DNA from: Flavobacteriales bacterium
GTDB lineage: Bacteria > Bacteroidota > Bacteroidia > Flavobacteriales_F > PHOS-HE28
Reading direction: 5' to 3'
DNA length: 64,000 nucleotides
Assembly: GCA_016788205.1 (NCBI GenBank)
Contig: JAEUTA010000032.1
Location: 16,394 to 80,393 of the forward strand
Notes under the pieces: generated by a model
Databases searched by the model: none
What the model saw: the letters and a program-made list of their open reading frames with translations, nothing else
Told to the model about the DNA's origin: nothing
Made by a program: the position numbers and the translations under genes
Part shown: piece after piece, positions 59,145 through 64,000 of the stretch
Position numbering within the stretch: position 1 is the stretch's first letter
Layout of the letters: every line of letters begins with the position of its first letter

Positions 59145-60251
59145 ATGGGGGATCAGGAACTCATACACCGCATAGCCCTGTCCATGCTCAAGGGCATCGG
59201 ACCGGTCAACGCGCGTAATCTGGTGGCCTACTGCGGTGGCGTCGATCCCATTTTCACCGATAAGAAGCTGAAGAACACGCTGGAGAAAGTGCCCGGCATC
59301 GGCCCGAAACTGATCGCGAGCATCACCGACAAGAAGGTGATGCCTGCTGCGGAGAAGGAGCTCGCCTACGTCCAGAAGCACAAGCTACGGGCACTGTTCT
59401 ACCTCGATGCGGACTATCCGCGCCGGTTGAAGCAGGCGGAAGATGCACCGGTGATCCTCTTCGTGGATGGCAACGCGGATTTCGATACCGCGCACATGGT
59501 GAGCATCGTGGGCACACGCACACCCACGGAACAAGGCAAGCGGTTGTGTGTGGAGTTGGTCGAAGGCTTGAAAGAATGCAACGCCACCATCGTGAGCGGT
59601 CTCGCGTACGGCATCGACATCGTGGCGCATCGCACCGCGTTGAAGAACGACATGCCCACCATCGGCTGTGTCGCACATGGATTGGACAAACTCTACCCGG
59701 GCGAACACGCGGCCACTGCGAAGGAGATGACGAAGCACGGTGCCTTGGTGAGCGAACTGCCCAGTGGATCACCGTTCGCGCCAGGCAATTTCCCGGCGCG
59801 CAACCGTGTGATCGCCGGCCTCAGCGATTGCACCATCGTGGTGGAGAGCGGCCCGAAAGGAGGCAGCCTCATCACCACCGACATCGCCAGCAGCTACGAC
59901 CGCGAGGTGTTCGCGTTCCCCGGAAGACCAACGGATCCGCGCAGCGAGGGTTGCAACAAGTTGATCCAGCAGAACAAGGCTGCACTGGTCAACAACGCGA
60001 AGGATGTGATCACCCTGATGGAGTGGTTACCGAAGAAGAAGAAAGCCCTGGTGCAAGCCGCGCTCTTCGCCGAACTGCTACCCGATGAGCAAACGCTCGT
60101 CGACATCATCAAGACCAACGGCAGTACCCACATCGACGACCTATGCATGAAAAGCAAATGGTCGCAAGGCAAGGTCTCGGGCCTCTTGCTCAACATGGAG
60201 TTCAACGGCGTGGTTCGGAGCCTGCCGGGGAAGGTGTACCAGTTGAATTGA
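59145..60251 (+). CDS. dprA: DNA-processing protein DprA
   Basis: YP..L....DAP..LF, SIVGTR, VSGLAYGID..AH, FPARNR.IAG, GSLIT, GCN.LI, C-terminal winged helix. Confidence 0.96.
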   Translation: MGDQELIHRIALSMLKGIGPVNARNLVAYCGGVDPIFTDKKLKNTLEKVPGIGPKLIASITDKKVMPAAEKELAYVQKHKLRALFYLDADYPRRLKQAEDAPVILFVDGNADFDTAHMVSIVGTRTPTEQGKRLCVELVEGLKECNATIVSGLAYGIDIVAHRTALKNDMPTIGCVAHGLDKLYPGEHAATAKEMTKHGALVSELPSGSPFAPGNFPARNRVIAGLSDCTIVVESGPKGGSLITTDIASSYDREVFAFPGRPTDPRSEGCNKLIQQNKAALVNNAKDVITLMEWLPKKKKALVQAALFAELLPDEQTLVDIIKTNGSTHIDDLCMKSKWSQGKVSGLLLNMEFNGVVRSLPGKVYQLN

Positions 60252-60280
60252 AGGGTCACGCACGATGCGCCCATGAACGG

Positions 60281-60667
60281 TCAAGCGCTTCCGCGTATCA
60301 TCCTTGCAAGCATCGTCATCTGATCGTTCATGGCCGTCGTTTGCGCCTTCATGAACTCGAGCAGCTTCTGCTCCCTCTCCTCGAACGACCGTAACAGCTC
60401 CGGTGAGTTGTTGGCAGCTAACGACCCTGCCTCGTTCCGGTCCGCCCCCAGTTTTAACGACGCCGAGGCAAAGAAGATCGCTGGTTCAACGTTGTACAAT
60501 TTCGCAGCCTTCATAACCACTTCGTGCGGCACAGGATGTAAGCCTTTTTCGTATTCGCAGTACGTGCTCTTGGAAACGTCCAGCTGCGCAGCTGCATATT
60601 CCTGAGTGTAGTTCACATGCACGCGGAACTGCCGCAGCTTCTCTCCCAACTTGAATGGATCTTGCAT
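60281..60667 (-). CDS. XRE-family helix-turn-helix transcriptional regulator
   Basis: MQDPFKLGEKLRQFR..YTQEYAAAQLDVSKSTYCEYEKG..P..A.LYNV, plus a C-terminal coiled coil. Confidence 0.88.
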   Translation of the reverse strand: MQDPFKLGEKLRQFRVHVNYTQEYAAAQLDVSKSTYCEYEKGLHPVPHEVVMKAAKLYNVEPAIFFASASLKLGADRNEAGSLAANNSPELLRSFEEREQKLLEFMKAQTTAMNDQMTMLARMIRGSA

Positions 60668-60838
60668 CGATGGTCGTGTGAGTTGTACATGATGGGAGGA
60701 GATAAAAGAGTAGAACGAATGTATCCGGATAGCTCGAACTATCTTCGGTGTGGCCGAACCGGTTTTGCACAGGGTTGCCAACAAGTTTGTACAACCCGCT
60801 CAATGAAGGGTGGGGGAAAAACCAAAACCCAAATTTCT

Positions 60839-61177
60839 ATGAAAAGGTACTTACTGACTGCGGCATCATGTGTGTTCGGTCTCACGGCCTTCTGCCAGAT
60901 GGGGCCATGGACGCCTTTGGACCAAATACCTCCACGTACCCATAGTGGTTGGGCTGGCGACGTGCAGATCAGGAATGGGACCGCATTCGTGACGTGCTAT
61001 ACAAATGTGGATCACATTTGTTTACAGAAGATACAAGCACTTGCCGGGCGTCAAGGGGTGGAATTCTTTGGTCAAGATAAGAAGAGCATCGGCAAGTACT
61101 CTTACTCGGTAGGCCGTTATCGCACGGAGCCGGGGAAGCAGACGGAGATCGAACTATCCGATGCTGTAAAGTTTTAA
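60839..61177 (+). CDS. Small secreted protein (112 aa) with a Cx7C pair
   Basis: MKRYLLTAASCVFGLTAFC|QMGPW signal peptide preceded by an A-rich leader; CYTNVDHIC. Confidence 0.75.
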   Translation: MKRYLLTAASCVFGLTAFCQMGPWTPLDQIPPRTHSGWAGDVQIRNGTAFVTCYTNVDHICLQKIQALAGRQGVEFFGQDKKSIGKYSYSVGRYRTEPGKQTEIELSDAVKF

Positions 61178-61185
61178 TTGGTCTA

Positions 61186-61213
61186 CCGGGAAGGGCTTGT
61201 GAGCCCTTCCCGG
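61186..61213 (+). promoter_or_regulatory. Perfect 12-bp intra-operon hairpin without U-tract
   Basis: CCGGGAAGGGCT-TGTG-AGCCCTTCCCGG, 8 bp after the small gene stop. Confidence 0.75.
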
Positions 61214-61227
61214 ATCCATTGCTTATC

Positions 61228-62619
61228 ATGCGTGCCATAGCTGTTGCGATCATTTGCTGCCTTCTTACGATCCGGGTACCGGGTCAGGTCCTGAAGGTCT
61301 ACCTAAATACCAACGACTGCATCAACTGCATATCGTCAATCGCTCAATTGGGTCGACTAAATGAGCGTATAGCTGTGGAGATGTTCTGTGACGAGACCAA
61401 GCAGCGTTTCATCCCGGCGTTATTGGAAGAATATGGGGTAGCCGCAGATGCTCGAACCACGATCGCATTCATCCCGCAAAACGTCCTGCTGAGTAAAGCG
61501 CCTGTATCCGGCCGGTGTGAGTTCGTTCTTGGCGATAGCGTGCTCTATGGCTTTGAGCTTAGGCAGTTGAATGACTACGTGCCGGATCTGGAACGCGCTT
61601 CCTACGGATACGATCGGCGTGAGCGCCACCCCTTGAAGTTAGAGCAGCCGCTTGGCGATCGGCTAACCATTTTCCCGGCCGGGGAACAGGTGGTTCTGAT
61701 GGATTACTTGTTCCGACGTTCGTACTTGCTGGCTCCTGCTGATGGTGATAGCCTGAGGCCAACGCCGTTGGCCCCGACAGATAGCCTTACCCGTGCGACG
61801 ATGAAGCGCATACTAGGCGATCTTTCGGTCTACGACTCTTTGGCCGCGAAGTATCAGGATGGCCCCCAATTCCAGCATAAGATCGTGGCAGTGAACGCCC
61901 AGCACAGCGGATTCCAGTTCGCGGATTGGATTGGCTATGTGGGATATCATTCCGATGGAAGCTTGATCAATACATATAGACTGGCCTATTTCTTATGGAA
62001 TGAAGGCGCGGTGAGTTTTACGATGTACGGGAAGTGGATCGGGATAGACCCGTTTATGCCGGTTTTGGATTTCGGATTCCACCTTGGAGACACAATGCTC
62101 ACCACCCCTTTGATACGAATGGAGGTGAGTGACGAGCCCTCGTACCTCTTGGCTGATTGGGATCGCGTAGGGGACAGCATTGCATTCCATGGGTTTAGGG
62201 AACTGCGTTGCCCCAAACCCTTGCAGGAATTCGAGAATACACACTCTCAGATCATCAGCGGCATGTTGCGCAGCGGGTACTACGGAACTACCGGGTATCC
62301 GTTATTGTACGATGTGATCAATGACCGCGCTTATGACCTGACAACTTTGCTCGGAGACGGTTCAACAGATTGGTTCAAGAACGGAGTGGCGGTCTACCAC
62401 ATGTCGGACATTCTTTCGTTAGCTGATGGAACGGTCTTGCTGCTTTTTCAGATCGATGGAGTGACTCAATTGGCTTGGTTGAATCTGACCAATTCTCGGG
62501 TGATCAAACGGCTAATCATAGACGTTACGGAAACGGACCTGAATACCCTGCGTCTGCTGGACGATGGTCGGGTGGCCGGAGTTTCCAAGGCTAACGATGC
62601 TTTTGTTATTCTGCAATGA
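61228..62619 (+). CDS. Secreted hypothetical protein with N-terminal thioredoxin-like CxxC segment and beta-rich C-terminal region
   Basis: Signal-like MRAIAVAIICCLLTIRVPG, then VYLNTNDCINCISSI; ATGA overlap with the next ORF. Confidence 0.78.
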   Translation: MRAIAVAIICCLLTIRVPGQVLKVYLNTNDCINCISSIAQLGRLNERIAVEMFCDETKQRFIPALLEEYGVAADARTTIAFIPQNVLLSKAPVSGRCEFVLGDSVLYGFELRQLNDYVPDLERASYGYDRRERHPLKLEQPLGDRLTIFPAGEQVVLMDYLFRRSYLLAPADGDSLRPTPLAPTDSLTRATMKRILGDLSVYDSLAAKYQDGPQFQHKIVAVNAQHSGFQFADWIGYVGYHSDGSLINTYRLAYFLWNEGAVSFTMYGKWIGIDPFMPVLDFGFHLGDTMLTTPLIRMEVSDEPSYLLADWDRVGDSIAFHGFRELRCPKPLQEFENTHSQIISGMLRSGYYGTTGYPLLYDVINDRAYDLTTLLGDGSTDWFKNGVAVYHMSDILSLADGTVLLLFQIDGVTQLAWLNLTNSRVIKRLIIDVTETDLNTLRLLDDGRVAGVSKANDAFVILQ

Positions 62620-62738
62620 CTACGGCAGGGCGGAGCCACTTCCTCTCAGCCGCCAGTCTCATACAACACCATGCCCTTAGCAATAGTGTCTTTGTTCAAG
62701 GACCCGCTCATGATCATCATTCGCAGTGTATCATCCAC

Positions 62739-63335
62739 ATGATAAGGCACACCTCCCAACTTCTCAATACCGTCTTCTGCTTCATTGTCTTGAGCGCCCT
62801 TCAGGGCTGTGGTTTTCTCTGGGAACAGACGCGGCAACCAAGAGCATGCGCCACCGAGAGCGTGAACACCATACCATGTGACACATGCACATCCATGGTG
62901 GCTCAAGGATCGATGGAGGCCCTGACCGTTGCGAACATCATAGATTCCGTGGCGGCATCGCCATCTGATACAACCCTGCTCATGTTCATCAATTCGGGGT
63001 GCCCGGACTTCCCCGTGACCATGCCGCATTTCCTCGACGCATTGAAGACCCGGAGTGGCATTCGTCCAATGTTGATCTTCTCCGATGACCACACCAATGC
63101 GAATACGGCGCGGCAAAGAGCCGTTTCGTGGGGGTGGCACGAACGGATGTACATACTGGATCAGGATGAATGTGGCTGCTACATGGATACCCGCCAACGC
63201 CATACGGTCATGTTGCAGAAGTTGGCGATCTCTGCCCCAGACAAATACCACTTGACCGTGAATCTGCTTGTTCTCATGAGCAAGCGAGGAGCGGTTCTCG
63301 ACACATCGCAATACCTGGACATGGCGCACCTCTGA
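62739..63335 (+). CDS. Thioredoxin-like lipoprotein (TlpA-like, atypical active site)
   Basis: Lipobox ALQGC, CDTC, TLLMFINSGCPDF..MPHF, LIFSDD, YILD. Start at 62739, or 62616 as in the track. Confidence 0.65.
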   Translation: MIRHTSQLLNTVFCFIVLSALQGCGFLWEQTRQPRACATESVNTIPCDTCTSMVAQGSMEALTVANIIDSVAASPSDTTLLMFINSGCPDFPVTMPHFLDALKTRSGIRPMLIFSDDHTNANTARQRAVSWGWHERMYILDQDECGCYMDTRQRHTVMLQKLAISAPDKYHLTVNLLVLMSKRGAVLDTSQYLDMAHL

Positions 63336-63438
63336 GGAATGATCGCCAATCATGTTATCTCAGTATCCGCCATAGGTTGATCAGCACATCCCGACTGAAC
63401 CACTTCCTAGCGGGGGCCTCAATTGATTCCCGATACTG

Positions 63439-64000
63439 ATGAAACTCGATCATCTCGTACATATTACTACGGTGGTGATCAATCTGATCCATTTGAATGC
63501 AAGTGGCCAGGGCATGGCCTTGGAAGCCCCATATCGAACCCAAAGCAGCTCCCTCTACACCGCCCTCTCCACCTCCTACTCCACCAGCACCAACTGGCAG
63601 GGCCAGGACCTGCGCAACTTCTCCTTTCTCGGCAATGTGTTGTACAAACACAACACACAAGACAGCACCCGCAGCCATGCACACCAAGTGTTGGCCGACC
63701 TGGGCTACCTCAAGTTCGTGGATAGCCTTTGGATCAAGGGCGTTGACCGCTTCCAAGTGAACCTGCTGTGGGCCACCAAGGCGCGCCGCTTCGACCACTC
63801 GTACAGCCTGCTGCTCAGCACGCAATTCCTGCCCAACACCTCGTGGAGCTACGATCCGGAGCTGCAACGCACCACCCGCACAAGCGTTGGCGGCTTGTTC
63901 AGGCCCTTCACGTTGGAGGCCGGCTACGGTGCCGTGCTGCGCTTCTGGAACACCAGCAGCATCAACTTCGCCTTTGCCACCTTGAAACTGAGCGGCTACC
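63439..64000 (+). CDS. DUF3078-like outer-membrane protein, partial (runs off the window)
   Basis: Not in the ORF track. ATG 63439 opens MKLDHLVH..STNWQGQDLRNFSFLG..DLGYLK...WIKGVDRF..STQF.P..F.PFTLEAGYG, open to 64000. Confidence 0.7.
   Translation, partial: MKLDHLVHITTVVINLIHLNASGQGMALEAPYRTQSSSLYTALSTSYSTSTNWQGQDLRNFSFLGNVLYKHNTQDSTRSHAHQVLADLGYLKFVDSLWIKGVDRFQVNLLWATKARRFDHSYSLLLSTQFLPNTSWSYDPELQRTTRTSVGGLFRPFTLEAGYGAVLRFWNTSSINFAFATLKLSGY

Noticed and set aside
57788-59218. 476-aa plus-strand ORF
   Set aside because: Shadow of the TonB-dependent receptor.
63355-63867. 170-aa minus-strand ORF
   Set aside because: Antisense to the DUF3078-like frame that starts at 63439 and shows host codon usage and family motifs.

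Overview
High-GC (about 60% by spot counts) Bacteroidota DNA, most likely Flavobacteriales. This rests on T9SS cargo proteins, TAnnTTTG/TAnnTTCG -7 promoter boxes, SD-poor leaders and the rplM-rpsI-rpsB-tsf gene order. The left end holds a giant (>2574 aa, truncated by the window edge, absent from the ORF track) secreted adhesin-like protein with 25 copies of a ~89-aa Cys-pair repeat, followed by other T9SS-type surface proteins. The middle is mostly housekeeping: sucAB, rfbA, frr, pyrH, tsf, rpsB, rpsI, rplM, kbl, gatC, trpS, hflX, a PBP1A, an MsbA-like ABC transporter, rbfA, dusB, tRNA-Ser(GGA), asparaginase, TatD, kdsB, a TonB receptor and dprA. The right end has a ~3.3 kb lower-GC accessory cassette: an XRE regulator divergent from a small secreted Cys-containing protein, a perfect 12-bp hairpin, a CxxC thioredoxin-like large secreted protein and a thioredoxin-like lipoprotein. 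This is the best candidate for an undescribed system. Other oddities are two inverted arrays of CATG octamers around a divergent promoter, a 166-bp tRNA-linked repeat, an amber-interrupted membrane gene, a split HemJ-like gene, a probably non-catalytic CPBP protein behind palindromic operators, a heme-b-like/cytochrome c pair and a structured rpsB leader. No CRISPR array, rRNA, integrase or transposase was seen. All family calls come from recognising motifs, not from database searches.
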